The notes: generated from the sequence alone by a model not told the origin. 64,000 bases of DNA from an uncultured virus (IMG/VR IMGVR_UViG_3300043410_001952) (IMGVR_UViG_3300043410_001952), one strand, 5' to 3'; shown: positions 9,340 through 19,751, counted from the first letter of the stretch. Translations and numbers: made by a program.

Positions 9340-9612
9340 ATGTATGGATTTTTTAAATTACCTATATCAGATAAAAAGATGGCAAAGGTTATGTACGCAC
9401 TTTTAAAAACACAAAGTAAGTTAGTCAATTCTCACTCTCATAGCATTAACCAATATGATAGAAAACAAAGTAGTGGTTTTTTGGTTGATGTGGTTGTAGA
9501 AGTTGATGAACACAAAACAAAACAGTTTGAAGAATTAGCAGAAGTAAAACTTCAAACAAGCGAGGAATTTCAAGGCAAAATGATTGTCAATCAACATAAA
9601 AAAACAAAATAA
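9340..9612 (+). CDS. hypothetical protein
   Basis: operon packing. Confidence 0.6.
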   Translation: MYGFFKLPISDKKMAKVMYALLKTQSKLVNSHSHSINQYDRKQSSGFLVDVVVEVDEHKTKQFEELAEVKLQTSEEFQGKMIVNQHKKTK

Positions 9613-9618
9613 ATAAGT

Positions 9619-10125
9619 ATGAAATATCCAATTATCACCAAAGAAAACTTTCAAGAGTTTATTGAAAAGCATGTTGTACGAGAATATGGTAAAGAAACTT
9701 TAACAGGTATTGAAATGCCTAAAAATCAAGAAGAGTTCAAAGAAATAACTAAAGCACTTTATGGCATTGAGTTAGATGTTGAATGTTTAGCATATCAAAA
9801 AAATGCTTTTTCTCGAAGTGAGTATAGTTGTAAGTACGAAATTGTAGGTACAGACCACGATGAATACTCAAAAAATCCTATATATAAATTGTGGGATAAA
9901 GAATTTAGTCAATATGATGGCTTAAAAGTATTGCTTAATACTTGCTTTGGAGAGCTTATTTGTGGCGGTGTTGCAGGAACTCATTATGGGCAAACAAGGT
10001 GCGATAAAGAAACGTGGGAAAGAGTTAAAAACTGGGATTCTAACAATGATACTAAACTTTTGATAAATGCTTTAGAGCAAGATAGAGCACTGAAAGAAAT
10101 ATTTGGTACGAACCCTTTTAGATAA
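9619..10125 (+). CDS. hypothetical protein
   Basis: AAATAAGT-ATG start. Confidence 0.7.
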   Translation: MKYPIITKENFQEFIEKHVVREYGKETLTGIEMPKNQEEFKEITKALYGIELDVECLAYQKNAFSRSEYSCKYEIVGTDHDEYSKNPIYKLWDKEFSQYDGLKVLLNTCFGELICGGVAGTHYGQTRCDKETWERVKNWDSNNDTKLLINALEQDRALKEIFGTNPFR

Positions 10126-10318
10126 AATCATGATAACGCCTTATCAATATTTAGTAACGTATAGTGAAAATGGCAAACGCCACGCATTTTATACACATTG
10201 GTTCGATGTAGAAAACAACTTTGCATCAGATAAAGCAATGATTGTTTTTGATTTGTTAAACCATAAATACATGGTAAATACATTAGGTTGGGCAGATATT
10301 GAAGAAGACCACTTGTAA
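10103..10318 (+). CDS. hypothetical protein (start probably slightly downstream, MITPYQ)
   Basis: last gene of + block. Confidence 0.55.
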   Translation: MVRTLLDKIMITPYQYLVTYSENGKRHAFYTHWFDVENNFASDKAMIVFDLLNHKYMVNTLGWADIEEDHL

Positions 10319-10387
10319 GTATTCAATAACCAGTAAACTAAAACAAGGAGGGTTGAGTATTGAAATGCGATTGCATACCGCTATCAA

Positions 10388-10750
10388 TTACTCGCCCTCT
10401 TTTGTCTGTTTCAGCCGATACATCTCCTCATCCTTCTTGATGTTTTTATGTAAAACCCCTATCACAAAGCCACCTGCTATTAATCCAAGCAAAATATTTC
10501 GTTTTTGAGTGAAATCTTTTCCTATCAATAACGAAGCACCGAGAACACTACCCCACCATAACGGATTTAGCCCATAATAAGCCATTGCATCACGTGTCCA
10601 ATATTGTTTTGGTGTAATTGTACCATTCTCTAATTTTTGTTTGTTATTCCGCATATAATTAAAGTAAATGGCATCTGCAGGTGTTGGTAAAATATCTGAA
10701 ACTATCAAACCAACGCCAAACGCTAATAAAATATGGTTTTTGCTATCCAT
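10388..10750 (-). CDS. membrane protein
   Basis: three hydrophobic segments. Confidence 0.75.
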   Translation of the reverse strand: MDSKNHILLAFGVGLIVSDILPTPADAIYFNYMRNNKQKLENGTITPKQYWTRDAMAYYGLNPLWWGSVLGASLLIGKDFTQKRNILLGLIAGGFVIGVLHKNIKKDEEMYRLKQTKEGE

Positions 10751-11427
10751 TATTTCTCAATAAAATCTTCTACAAAATATCTTCTTAATACTTTGTGCTT
10801 ATTTTTAAAATTTCTAATGTTACCATCGTTTACATTTAACTTTGCAGCACATTCTTTAGAGTTTTTAAATATAAATATCTCGTTTGTAAAAGTGTCGGTT
10901 ACTTTAAGTGGTTTTTTGCTATTTGAATCTATTTGTTTTTGTATATATGCTTCGTTTTTAAATTTAGAGCCATAATTAGGATTGTTTTTACCAGATGAAT
11001 TTAAAGATATTTTTTTTAATGCTTCTGGCGTATGCTTTTTACCATAAAAACCATTTAGTTTACCAGTTGCTTTTTCAGATATTATTTTTTTGGTTTCATC
11101 TGATAATACTTTCTTTTTATCTTTTGTATTTGTAAAAAAACAATTTAAACCACCATGTACTGAATTATAAAATTCCTGCCAGTATCTTTCCCTTTCTTTT
11201 AGATTTTCTGAATCACAATATTCAATAATTTCTATTAAATGATTTTCAACAGAATGTTCAACTAAAGAATTATAAATAGCTTTTTGATTTTTTATCCTAT
11301 TCGGGTTTAAATAACAAGTACACCTTTGTTTTAAATTAACAGCGTCACCAATATAAACTCTACCAGATGGAGATGTTATTTTGTATATACCTGAAACACT
11401 TGGGAAATTTAAAATGCTACTTCTCAT
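10750..11427 (-). CDS. free-standing GIY-YIG homing endonuclease with NUMOD3-like motifs
   Basis: SGIYKITSPSGRVYIG; NGFYGKKHTPE. Confidence 0.9.
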   Translation of the reverse strand: MRSSILNFPSVSGIYKITSPSGRVYIGDAVNLKQRCTCYLNPNRIKNQKAIYNSLVEHSVENHLIEIIEYCDSENLKERERYWQEFYNSVHGGLNCFFTNTKDKKKVLSDETKKIISEKATGKLNGFYGKKHTPEALKKISLNSSGKNNPNYGSKFKNEAYIQKQIDSNSKKPLKVTDTFTNEIFIFKNSKECAAKLNVNDGNIRNFKNKHKVLRRYFVEDFIEK

Positions 11428-12023
11428 TAAATCAAATCGTTGCTTGTAATCAATGTATATGTAAATGAATTACCATGAATATCCTTTGCTTTACGACAAA
11501 TAGCCATAAATTCATTAAAGTCTTTGATACGCTTAAACACCTGGCAACCTTCGCTCCAGTTGCTTACGATTGAAGAATCTGCTCCTGCATGGTGTATATT
11601 GATTCCAAAAACCCCTGTTTGTATCTTTGTTTCATCAAAAGTCATATCTTTATTTGCATCACGAAACACAGATATATCTTTTTGTTGTGTTAGGGCTTCG
11701 TATTTACCTTTGTGTAAGCCTATTTTATGTACAGAACGATATTGCCCTGGCACTACTCTTGCAACTCCATTTATATTGTGAAATTGTTGAACGGCTTTCG
11801 TTCCAGGGTCTGTTGTTATTTGCCATTCTTTGTACTGCCAAACACCATTTTCCTTGTAGGATAGAGTAAGAATATCATCAAACAAGTTTGTCACAATGTT
11901 TTTAGATGATGAATTGCGTACACCTATGATATTTACATCAAATCCTTTGTTTAACTTATCTTCAAAATAGACGTAACCTTTCTTTTGTAACGCTTTTTGT
12001 ATTGTTTCTCGTGTGTATTTCAT
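11427..12023 (-). CDS. putative endolysin, YkuD/L,D-transpeptidase-like catalytic motif
   Basis: GINIHHAG...NWSEGCQVF (H...SxGC); next to holin-like genes. Confidence 0.6.
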   Translation of the reverse strand: MKYTRETIQKALQKKGYVYFEDKLNKGFDVNIIGVRNSSSKNIVTNLFDDILTLSYKENGVWQYKEWQITTDPGTKAVQQFHNINGVARVVPGQYRSVHKIGLHKGKYEALTQQKDISVFRDANKDMTFDETKIQTGVFGINIHHAGADSSIVSNWSEGCQVFKRIKDFNEFMAICRKAKDIHGNSFTYTLITSNDLI

Positions 12024-12277
12024 TTTTTGCTAATTAAATCATCCACGTAGGCATCACGTTGTTTCATTAGGTATTTCTCCCTATTTAGAAACCTTACACG
12101 TTCATCCTCGTATATTTTTTTTATTGTTAAATCCCTTTCTTCAATGATGCTTTCGTAACGTGTCTTTGCTTCGGTAAACATTTTGTTTTGATAGTATAGC
12201 ATACCTACCATGAGCATAATTGTAAACGATTGCTCTTTCAACTTATTAGTGAAAGAACCAACTAAGCCACCATCCAT
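12020..12277 (-). CDS. membrane/coiled-coil protein, lysis cassette
   Basis: one TM helix followed by a charged helix. Confidence 0.55.
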   Translation of the reverse strand: MDGGLVGSFTNKLKEQSFTIMLMVGMLYYQNKMFTEAKTRYESIIEERDLTIKKIYEDERVRFLNREKYLMKQRDAYVDDLISKK

Positions 12278-12289
12278 GAAAAAATGTTT

Positions 12290-12505
12290 TTATTTTTCTT
12301 TGGCACATTGAGCAATCCCAGCAGCTACTGTACCTCCAAGAACTAAATAACCACCCAAAGATGCAATTGCAACCGGCAAAACAACAGGCGCACCAACGAT
12401 ACCCGTACCAATAGCAGTTAGCAACAATCCTATATTCCTAACTTTTCTGAAGAATTTAGGTGTAGGTGATGCTATTCTTCTTCCAATTTCTTTTAAACCT
12501 TTCAT
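12290..12505 (-). CDS. putative holin
   Basis: 71 aa, two TM helices, SPTPKFFRKV N-terminus. Confidence 0.55.
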   Translation of the reverse strand: MKGLKEIGRRIASPTPKFFRKVRNIGLLLTAIGTGIVGAPVVLPVAIASLGGYLVLGGTVAAGIAQCAKEK

Positions 12506-12516
12506 AACTATATATT

Positions 12517-12750
12517 TTAAACGTTGTACATGGTTAATAATTTGTCAATAACATCCATATCTGTCCATTGCCCTGCATCAATATAAGATTGACCTTCGAA
12601 AACTACTACTTGCCCAAGTTCTTTTGTGACAACAGTAAGTTTTTTATCCATTGGGTTATCAATCATGTACATTACATTGATTTCGCTTATTATTTTTGTT
12701 ACAGCAGGGTGCGTTATAATTGTTTTTTGACCACTTAATGTTGCTTTCAT
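12517..12750 (-). CDS. hypothetical protein
   Basis: operon packing. Confidence 0.65.
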   Translation of the reverse strand: MKATLSGQKTIITHPAVTKIISEINVMYMIDNPMDKKLTVVTKELGQVVVFEGQSYIDAGQWTDMDVIDKLLTMYNV

Positions 12751-12761
12751 ATTCTTTTGTT

Positions 12762-13361
12762 TTAAACTATTACATAGCCATTAGAATCAACCTTGTTTTC
12801 TTTTTTCAAAGCTGCAAGATTAACAGTTGACTTTCCGTTTGGTTTAATGAAGAAATGCACAGGGTCGTGATAACCACCAAACAATCCATCGCCACCCCAA
12901 AGCATACCCAATTCTTTTGAAATATCAATAACACCAGAATCTTTCCATTTTTTTGATGATGATGCTTTGGTTAAAATCAAATTGCCATTCTTATCTCTTA
13001 CATTCACATCAAAAGCAAAGCCAAAATTGTGTGAAGAAACACCTGGTTTTGCATTGTTTGGGTTTTGTTGATGCAATTTCTCTTGTTCAGCGTATGTTCT
13101 ATATCCTGAGGTAATAAACATCTTTAAACCTAAATTATCCTCAACACGATTTATCAATGCACGTGCTAAATTTCTAAACTTTGGGTGTAACCTTTTGATA
13201 TACGCTTCATCATCTGCGCTATCAACTGGTTTTATATCGTTTTCGTTTAGTTTAACGCCATTTATAGCAGTAAACTTAGTTGTACTTACCACATAAACAA
13301 TTAAGGCAACAAGCGTAATACCTATTGCCCATTGATAGCCTTTTATGTTTTTAATGTTCAT
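12762..13361 (-). CDS. membrane-anchored M15 family (L-Ala-D-Glu-type) peptidoglycan peptidase
   Basis: TSGYRT..EQ, SSHNFGFAFDV, WGG, DPVHF; N-terminal TM; start MNIK at 13361 overlaps upstream stop. Confidence 0.85.
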   Translation of the reverse strand: MNIKNIKGYQWAIGITLVALIVYVVSTTKFTAINGVKLNENDIKPVDSADDEAYIKRLHPKFRNLARALINRVEDNLGLKMFITSGYRTYAEQEKLHQQNPNNAKPGVSSHNFGFAFDVNVRDKNGNLILTKASSSKKWKDSGVIDISKELGMLWGGDGLFGGYHDPVHFFIKPNGKSTVNLAALKKENKVDSNGYVIV

Positions 13362-13708
13362 TACTTTGTCAATTGATATGCTTTTTTCATTCCATAAACA
13401 GCAAAACCTAAAACAATAGCAAAAATACTCCAAGCAATTAAACTATCCTGAGCCTTCATGTGAAATAAAAACTTGTTTGCACTACCATAAGGTAATAGTT
13501 TCCATTCAAATTCATTATTCTTTTGGTTGCTAACTAATTCAAATAGCATGAATTCTTTCAAGTCATTTTGTTCAGCGTATTTTAAAACCTCTTGCAAAGA
13601 ACCTTGAGGAAACATTTTACTATCAAGTAAGCTATAATCCTTTTTGTTAATCCAAGTAAGTTTTAATGTACCTGCTTCGTATGTGCTATCTGAAATGTTA
13701 ATATCCAT
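13361..13708 (-). CDS. C-terminally anchored membrane protein
   Basis: C-terminal TM + KK. Confidence 0.7.
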   Translation of the reverse strand: MDINISDSTYEAGTLKLTWINKKDYSLLDSKMFPQGSLQEVLKYAEQNDLKEFMLFELVSNQKNNEFEWKLLPYGSANKFLFHMKAQDSLIAWSIFAIVLGFAVYGMKKAYQLTK

Positions 13709-13710
13709 TG

Positions 13711-14055
13711 TTAACGTGTTTGAAGCAATATTTTATCAAGTTTTTCATCCATTTTGCTCATGTTTTGCTCAAGAGCATTGATTTTATCATTCATTGCTTG
13801 AACCTCAACTTGTGATACACCCTTGAATACATCAGTTGCTTGAATCTCGTTTTTTATTTGTGTTACATCACTTTTGACCTCTTTGATGTCTTGGGTGTGA
13901 CTATCAAGTGTAGATGATGTTTTGTAATAAAAGCCATAACCTACACCAATTGCACAAATCATAGCAACAAAAGCCGAAACAAAATTAGTTACAGTTGTTG
14001 CCTTTTTCAAGTGTTGTTCAAGTGTTTGATGCTCTGTTGTCATTATTTTATTCAT
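13711..14055 (-). CDS. TM + coiled-coil protein
   Basis: hydrophobic helix then heptad repeats. Confidence 0.7.
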   Translation of the reverse strand: MNKIMTTEHQTLEQHLKKATTVTNFVSAFVAMICAIGVGYGFYYKTSSTLDSHTQDIKEVKSDVTQIKNEIQATDVFKGVSQVEVQAMNDKINALEQNMSKMDEKLDKILLQTR

Positions 14056-14287
14056 TGCTTAAAATTTCTTTCAATGTAATTTCCCTTACGTGCTTTGGTG
14101 CACTACCACTCTCTGCTTTGTAAATGTGAAACTTCATGTTAAATTTATCATCTACAGGCTTAATCATTATGAAAAAATCTTTGTAACTACATCCTAATTC
14201 CTCAGCAACATCTTCAAGTGTTGATTGAATTGTGTCATGTGTGATTTTTTCAGTGTTAATCAACCCACTCATTAAATTTCCGAACAT
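14048..14287 (-). CDS. hypothetical protein
   Basis: AAATAAGT-ATG start. Confidence 0.7.
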   Translation of the reverse strand: MFGNLMSGLINTEKITHDTIQSTLEDVAEELGCSYKDFFIMIKPVDDKFNMKFHIYKAESGSAPKHVREITLKEILSNE

Positions 14288-14312
14288 ACTTATTTGTTTT
14301 TATTGGTTAATA

Positions 14313-14825
14313 CTATTTCATTGGTAACAATGCAGGTATAGTTACTGGAAATGAATAACTATACGGCACAGGAATTTTAAAAATAAACAATTTTACTTTA
14401 AAACTCATATCAATTCTCATATTTGCTTTTAAAGGTTGCATAAGTGCCATCAAAAATGTACTACTTAGCCTTTGTGAAAGTTCTTTTGGATTAAGTTTAA
14501 GTGTCAATGGAATTGGTGTTGTAGCATTTGCTTTCAAAGTTGTTGTTTTATCGTTTGTAAGCGTTGTTATGTAGTTTCCATCCAAGAAAATATCATACTT
14601 TTGACTTGCAAGAACGATGTCAACATCCATGTTATTTGTGTAATCATACACCACCTCAAAATCAAACTCATTCAAAGTGATTTTACCTACCTTGAAAGAT
14701 TTAAAAGTGGTTACGTTTTTCAATAATTTTTGATATTGTTTTCTTATCCAAATTATCGTTGTTCCTGTAACACCTACAACACCTACAAGTAAAGCATATT
14801 TTAAAGTTGTTTTTCCTTTTGCCAT
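14313..14825 (-). CDS. LEA_2/WHy-like domain protein with N-terminal TM
   Basis: TM then beta-rich N-x-M-D-V-D-I...YDIFLDG...LKANATTPI pattern. Confidence 0.6.
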   Translation of the reverse strand: MAKGKTTLKYALLVGVVGVTGTTIIWIRKQYQKLLKNVTTFKSFKVGKITLNEFDFEVVYDYTNNMDVDIVLASQKYDIFLDGNYITTLTNDKTTTLKANATTPIPLTLKLNPKELSQRLSSTFLMALMQPLKANMRIDMSFKVKLFIFKIPVPYSYSFPVTIPALLPMK

Positions 14826-14836
14826 TGAATTATTTT

Positions 14837-15208
14837 TTATGGGTAAACACGTATTTCTATTGAAGTTTTATATAGTAAATTATCACTTGGAGTATCCACA
14901 TCTGATTCTGTTGCAATAGCATATTTATCAGCATCTACTCTATACAACGTACCTTTATAAGTTGCTCCACCAACGCCAAGAACTATAACTGGAGTACACC
15001 ACGTTTTATCTTCGGTAAAAGATGGTGATTGCAATATGTAATAACCTACACTTTGATATGTTATAGTAATATCACCAATAGTATCTTCAAGGACAATTGC
15101 AGTAGGGTCATTCGTTTCAGATTGAGATATTAAGGCAGAATAAACCTTGTAAGTGGATGTATTTCCACCACCATTACTACCACCTTGAAACCCAAATTCT
15201 GTACTCAT
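14837..15208 (-). CDS. virion structural protein (TEFGFQGG N-terminus)
   Basis: YKVYSALISQ...P...VLEDTIG...SIEIRVY beta domain; N-terminus shared with 17289..17660. Confidence 0.6.
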   Translation of the reverse strand: MSTEFGFQGGSNGGGNTSTYKVYSALISQSETNDPTAIVLEDTIGDITITYQSVGYYILQSPSFTEDKTWCTPVIVLGVGGATYKGTLYRVDADKYAIATESDVDTPSDNLLYKTSIEIRVYP

Positions 15209-15215
15209 CCTATTT

Positions 15216-17081
15216 TTACGTTAATGATTGAACTATTGCGCCCACTGTTGCATCAGTAGAAGCGTTTTGAAGTCTTTTTGATTGATTATCTATTCCTGCT
15301 CCAATATTTGTTCCAATTGCACTCTGCGCTATTTTTGATGCACTAATAGCATTGTCTGCTAATTTCGTATTACTAATTGCACCATCAGCTACTTTTGCAT
15401 TGCTTATAGCGTTGTCTGCAAAACTTGCATTGGTTATACCTCCACTTGCAACTGATGTAATTTGTTTTACAGAAGCACCCCAAACTGATGTTGCAATATC
15501 AAGTGTTCCAACTGTGTTATCAACTGGTACGCCAACTAAAACCGATGCAACTGCAGGAACTTCTAAAGCACCTGCTTGTGGTGAAACACCAAAAGCAACG
15601 TTTTTTCTAACATTTGCAGTTGTTAAATTTGCATCTATGTATGTAGGAGTTGTTCCACTTCCACCAATACCAAAATTACCATTACTTACTAATACTTTTG
15701 AAGCAATAGGTAGTGTTAAAGTACCACTTATACCACCAACACTTTGCCCACTTAAAATATATTGAGCATCTGAAGCAGTACCAGCTTGTGCTAAAGTTAT
15801 ATTTGGGTCACCGTTTGTTGAACTTGCGTAAGTAAATGATGTTGCAGTTGATACACGTACTTTAGAAGTCATGAACGATATACCTGCAATTTGTCCATTA
15901 TTTGTCACAACACAAGTGGCTTTATAATCTAAATAACTACTTGCATTTGCAGCAATAACAATTGTGCTTGAATAATTAACAATGTTTATCGCACTTTTTG
16001 TAGTATTAGCAGTGGCAGTACTACCTGTAAAAGTAAAAGCCAAAGAATTTTGAGTTGCAGTAGCGTTATAAAATGCTTCATAAGAACTACCAGATATTGA
16101 GGTAAAAATACTACTTGTTACGTTTAATATTCCTATTGAAGGTCCTGTTGAAGCAGTTGCTGATATATTTAATCCATAACCACCTGCATTACTTTTACAA
16201 GTTACTGAATTTAATTCCAATGTTCCAATAGATACAGTTGTAGGACCTGTTGTAATTCCATGACTTCCACTACTTGATGCACCACCTCCATTAAGTATGC
16301 CACTTATTTGTAATTTTGTTATAGATGCAGAAGAAACAATAATTGCTCCATGATTCGCTGTGCCATTTCCCCCTGTGAATGTTCCATTAAGAAAAATATT
16401 TTGTATTGTTGTACCACCAGATGTATTACTTATATATATTCCACCACCACCATTTGCACTTATACTTCCAGTAGCAGCACCATAATAAGTAAATGAGGTT
16501 TGAGAAACTAATGACATATAAATACCATTTCCACCACTTGATGATGAATTTGAACCAGCAGTAGAATCACAACCATTACTACTTGTTCCTATCACGATTG
16601 TATTGGTATTACCAGTAAAAACAAGACCATTTCCAGTAGAAGTTGGTGCTATAATTCTGCTGTTTGTTCCAATTAAATTAAAATTACAATTTGAAGCACT
16701 TACTACAACACAATTAGCAGTTCCAGTAGCATTTATATAAGCATCCTTAATAGTATGAGTTCCAGCACCTGTACTTGATAATGTTAAACAAACTGTGTTT
16801 GCTGAAAAAATACCTGCATTAGCACTTGTTCCTCCAAGAGTTATTGTTCTTGCTACTCCAACAGCAACTGAAGCTGTAAATCCACCACCTGCTGTGCCTC
16901 CTAATGTATTTGTATTTCTTAATGAATTTACAGTTATATCTGCATCAATAGTAATAGCATTATTATTTGAAACTGCATCGTCTGAAGCACCAGGTGTTGA
17001 AACTGGATTCCCTCCTGTTGGGGCATCATACCATTGAATTACTGTAAAACTTCCTGCTCCTTGCGCGTATTTTGTTGCCAT
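15216..17081 (-). CDS. spike/fibre-like beta-helix protein
   Basis: G/S/T/N-rich beta-solenoid repeats; C-terminal ADNAISxxK repeats. Confidence 0.6.
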   Translation of the reverse strand: MATKYAQGAGSFTVIQWYDAPTGGNPVSTPGASDDAVSNNNAITIDADITVNSLRNTNTLGGTAGGGFTASVAVGVARTITLGGTSANAGIFSANTVCLTLSSTGAGTHTIKDAYINATGTANCVVVSASNCNFNLIGTNSRIIAPTSTGNGLVFTGNTNTIVIGTSSNGCDSTAGSNSSSSGGNGIYMSLVSQTSFTYYGAATGSISANGGGGIYISNTSGGTTIQNIFLNGTFTGGNGTANHGAIIVSSASITKLQISGILNGGGASSSGSHGITTGPTTVSIGTLELNSVTCKSNAGGYGLNISATASTGPSIGILNVTSSIFTSISGSSYEAFYNATATQNSLAFTFTGSTATANTTKSAINIVNYSSTIVIAANASSYLDYKATCVVTNNGQIAGISFMTSKVRVSTATSFTYASSTNGDPNITLAQAGTASDAQYILSGQSVGGISGTLTLPIASKVLVSNGNFGIGGSGTTPTYIDANLTTANVRKNVAFGVSPQAGALEVPAVASVLVGVPVDNTVGTLDIATSVWGASVKQITSVASGGITNASFADNAISNAKVADGAISNTKLADNAISASKIAQSAIGTNIGAGIDNQSKRLQNASTDATVGAIVQSLT

Positions 17082-17275
17082 TATTGAATAGTTTGATTAT
17101 TGTTAACAAATTCTTGTGCAACTAAAAATGATTGTTCAAGTGTTAAACCACCTTTGATGTCATTATTTATAATAATTTGCGAACCATTATCGTCAATATA
17201 CCAAGCACTCATTATAATGGAATACAAATCGTTATCTTGGCAATTACAAACAAATGTGTATTTAATATCTATCAT
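17081..17275 (-). CDS. hypothetical protein
   Basis: stop/start overlap with spike gene. Confidence 0.55.
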   Translation of the reverse strand: MIDIKYTFVCNCQDNDLYSIIMSAWYIDDNGSQIIINNDIKGGLTLEQSFLVAQEFVNNNQTIQ

Positions 17276-17288
17276 AATTTCTAATTTT

Positions 17289-17660
17289 TTAAGCTGGTGA
17301 ATAACTTGCTGTTAATCTATTATCCCATGAATCGGTAGCAATGTATATTGTAACACTACCATCGGCAGCAACAACTGTTTTTGTCAATGCCCAAATTATA
17401 GTTGATGTAGAAGTTCCAAAAGGCGCAACTCCTGAGTAATAAGTTGGTGCTTGAGTTGCATCAAACTCGTTAATTATTCCAATGGTAACATTTGTTTTTC
17501 CAGTACCATTTGAAGCACTAACATAGTTACCAATAAGGTTTAAAACACTTTGTTGAGTTAATGGTGTTCCCTCATCTTGAATGGTTTGATAGGCTTGGGT
17601 TATTCCACCACCACCTCCACCACCAGAGCCACCACCTTGAAAACCAAACTCAGTATTCAT
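17289..17660 (-). CDS. virion structural protein (TEFGFQGG N-terminus)
   Basis: poly-Gly linker, IQDEG...LNLIG, WDNRLT.SY end. Confidence 0.6.
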   Translation of the reverse strand: MNTEFGFQGGGSGGGGGGGITQAYQTIQDEGTPLTQQSVLNLIGNYVSASNGTGKTNVTIGIINEFDATQAPTYYSGVAPFGTSTSTIIWALTKTVVAADGSVTIYIATDSWDNRLTASYSPA

Positions 17661-17662
17661 AA

Positions 17663-17938
17663 TTATCTTCCTACAATTTGTATTACACCACCACCACTAC
17701 AATCAATTGTTATACCATCTAAAGGTAAATTATCACTATCAGATGATAAAGTTACTGGCAAACCTACTGTAAGTGCAACAGCACTTGGTGTAGTAGCACC
17801 AGCACTCATTGTGCCAGTAAATGTACCTGTACCACTTACTAAATTCAATGAAATAGCAAATAAAGCCATAGTATTTCTATCTACTACAAAAGTACCATTA
17901 GTTAAAGTATAACTAAATATGTTTTGTGAAGTTTGCAT
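17663..17938 (-). CDS. small beta-rich structural protein
   Basis: all-beta composition in structural block. Confidence 0.55.
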   Translation of the reverse strand: MQTSQNIFSYTLTNGTFVVDRNTMALFAISLNLVSGTGTFTGTMSAGATTPSAVALTVGLPVTLSSDSDNLPLDGITIDCSGGGVIQIVGR

Positions 17939-17940
17939 TT

Positions 17941-18678
17941 TTATTTTCCTTTATTTATGAATTTTTTATAACCCAAATAAGCTAAAATTACAAATCCTAA
18001 AACTACAATCCCTTTTTGTGGTGTAGTAAAATCAGCTAATAAACCTTTTTTTGGCTCTTCTTTACCTTCGTTTCTTGTACCTTTTACATCAGTAGGCGTT
18101 TCGGCACTTTTAACCTCTTCGGCTTGTTGCGCTTGTGGTTGTTCAAATGGATTTTGTTCCTCATTGTAAACAACCCCACTTCCACCACCTATTCCACCTC
18201 CAGTTGTAGGCGTTGGATTTGTAGCTACTGAAGCTAATGTTTTTACTGATACTTGTGAACCAGTAGATTTATTACCTGCTGCATCTATTGCTACAACTTT
18301 GTACGTGTAGTTAGTTAATGCACTAAGCCCAGAATCGGTAAATGTTGTTGTTGGTGCTAAGACTGATTTAATCAAAGTTCCATTTCTGTACAAATTGTAT
18401 TTAACAACTTTAATGTTATCAGTTGCTACACCCCAACTTAAATTTACTTGAGAACTATTTAAAGCATTTGCATTTATGCTATTTGGTCCTGATGGTGCAA
18501 TTTTATCGGTAGTTGGTGTTACAATATTTCTTACTGGTGTTTGAACAATAGGAACACGTGTTGCAGTAGATGCTGTTGTAGTTGCAGTAACAGTTGGTGT
18601 TACAACAGGTTTTACAGGTGCAGCTACTACTCCAGTAGCATTTGAATAAAGCACCTTGTTATTTCTAATTACTTTCAT
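17941..18678 (-). CDS. fibronectin type III domain protein with C-terminal membrane anchor
   Basis: APSGP...LSWGVATDNIKVVKYNLYRNG...YTYKVVAIDAAGNKS; C-terminal TM + KGK; YSNATG. Confidence 0.85.
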   Translation of the reverse strand: MKVIRNNKVLYSNATGVVAAPVKPVVTPTVTATTTASTATRVPIVQTPVRNIVTPTTDKIAPSGPNSINANALNSSQVNLSWGVATDNIKVVKYNLYRNGTLIKSVLAPTTTFTDSGLSALTNYTYKVVAIDAAGNKSTGSQVSVKTLASVATNPTPTTGGGIGGGSGVVYNEEQNPFEQPQAQQAEEVKSAETPTDVKGTRNEGKEEPKKGLLADFTTPQKGIVVLGFVILAYLGYKKFINKGK

Positions 18679-18681
18679 GAC

Positions 18682-19188
18682 TTATTTTCCTTTTGATTTA
18701 GCACCTCTTGACCTAACTGCAAAAATGATTATCCCAATCAACGCCAAACCACCAATTGCAATTCCAATCATCGCACCAGTAGATAAACCACCTTTTGTAT
18801 CACCACTATCTTGCAAAGCCTTAGCTAATTCAACATCGCTTTGTTTTTCTTGTGATAAACCACGATTAAGCTCTGCTCTTGAATTGATTTCATTGGTTTT
18901 AGCTGCTTTACGAGCCATTCTTGCTTCAATTCTTGCTTTACGTGCATCACTCATGTACGAAAACTCATCTTGTTCAGGGAAAACTTCATTTCTGAAATTA
19001 TCACCTTTACCATCAAATGGGTAAAAATCATCTCCATCACGAAAGTTTTTAACATCAGATGCTCCTGACATTACTTCGTATTTCAAAATACCATTTTTAG
19101 TGGCTGATAAATCCTCAAAAGTACCATCGCTACCTATTGAAGTGCGTGGAACTGCGATTCTTTTCGTTAGTACCTTTACTTGTGCCAT
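18682..19188 (-). CDS. C-terminally anchored membrane protein
   Basis: GLSTGAMIGIAIGG TM + basic tail. Confidence 0.75.
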   Translation of the reverse strand: MAQVKVLTKRIAVPRTSIGSDGTFEDLSATKNGILKYEVMSGASDVKNFRDGDDFYPFDGKGDNFRNEVFPEQDEFSYMSDARKARIEARMARKAAKTNEINSRAELNRGLSQEKQSDVELAKALQDSGDTKGGLSTGAMIGIAIGGLALIGIIIFAVRSRGAKSKGK

Positions 19189-19751
19189 TATTTAAACTTT
19201 TTGTATAAAACATAAGTTGCACCCAATAAAAGTACAACTAAAACTATTGCTTTGTAATCAGTTGGCTTATCAAACAACCTTTTTGGAGGGTGATATGATT
19301 GTGCCTCTTTATCTAAATCTTCCAAATTGTTATCATGTATAACATCTTTGAGAAAATTAGCATATTTATTATCCTCAGCGTAACCTGCTTTGGCAATTGC
19401 ATCTATTTGTTGTTGTGGCGTATTAGCTTCAAAAACACCTGCTCTTTCATACCTATCATTATTCATTAAAAAACTATTATGGTCTTTAATAGAATCGTTT
19501 GCACTTTTGTATTTTCTGAAAGAACTTACTTTACTTGCATCTTTCGATGTTGGCAAAGATACTTTTTCACCTTTCCATGAAGCATCAGCCTTAATACCAA
19601 AATAATTGTTGGCTTTTTTAACTGCTAAGTTTTCACCCCAACCACTTTCAATTATCATTTGAGCCATTTTAACACTTGGAAAAATTTGTGTGTCGTATGT
19701 TTGCTCAATAATTGCTTGTTTGTGCTTCGATATGAAATCTTTTTTATTCAT
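19188..19751 (-). CDS. GH73 (FlgJ-like) glucosaminidase with C-terminal TM
   Basis: AQMIIESGWG, NNYFGIKA, FRKY, GYAED..YA. Confidence 0.9.
   Translation of the reverse strand: MNKKDFISKHKQAIIEQTYDTQIFPSVKMAQMIIESGWGENLAVKKANNYFGIKADASWKGEKVSLPTSKDASKVSSFRKYKSANDSIKDHNSFLMNNDRYERAGVFEANTPQQQIDAIAKAGYAEDNKYANFLKDVIHDNNLEDLDKEAQSYHPPKRLFDKPTDYKAIVLVVLLLGATYVLYKKFK

Noticed and set aside
10750..11427. Group I intron around the GIY-YIG gene
   Set aside because: Flanking genes look complete and overlap it by stop/start; no room for an intron core
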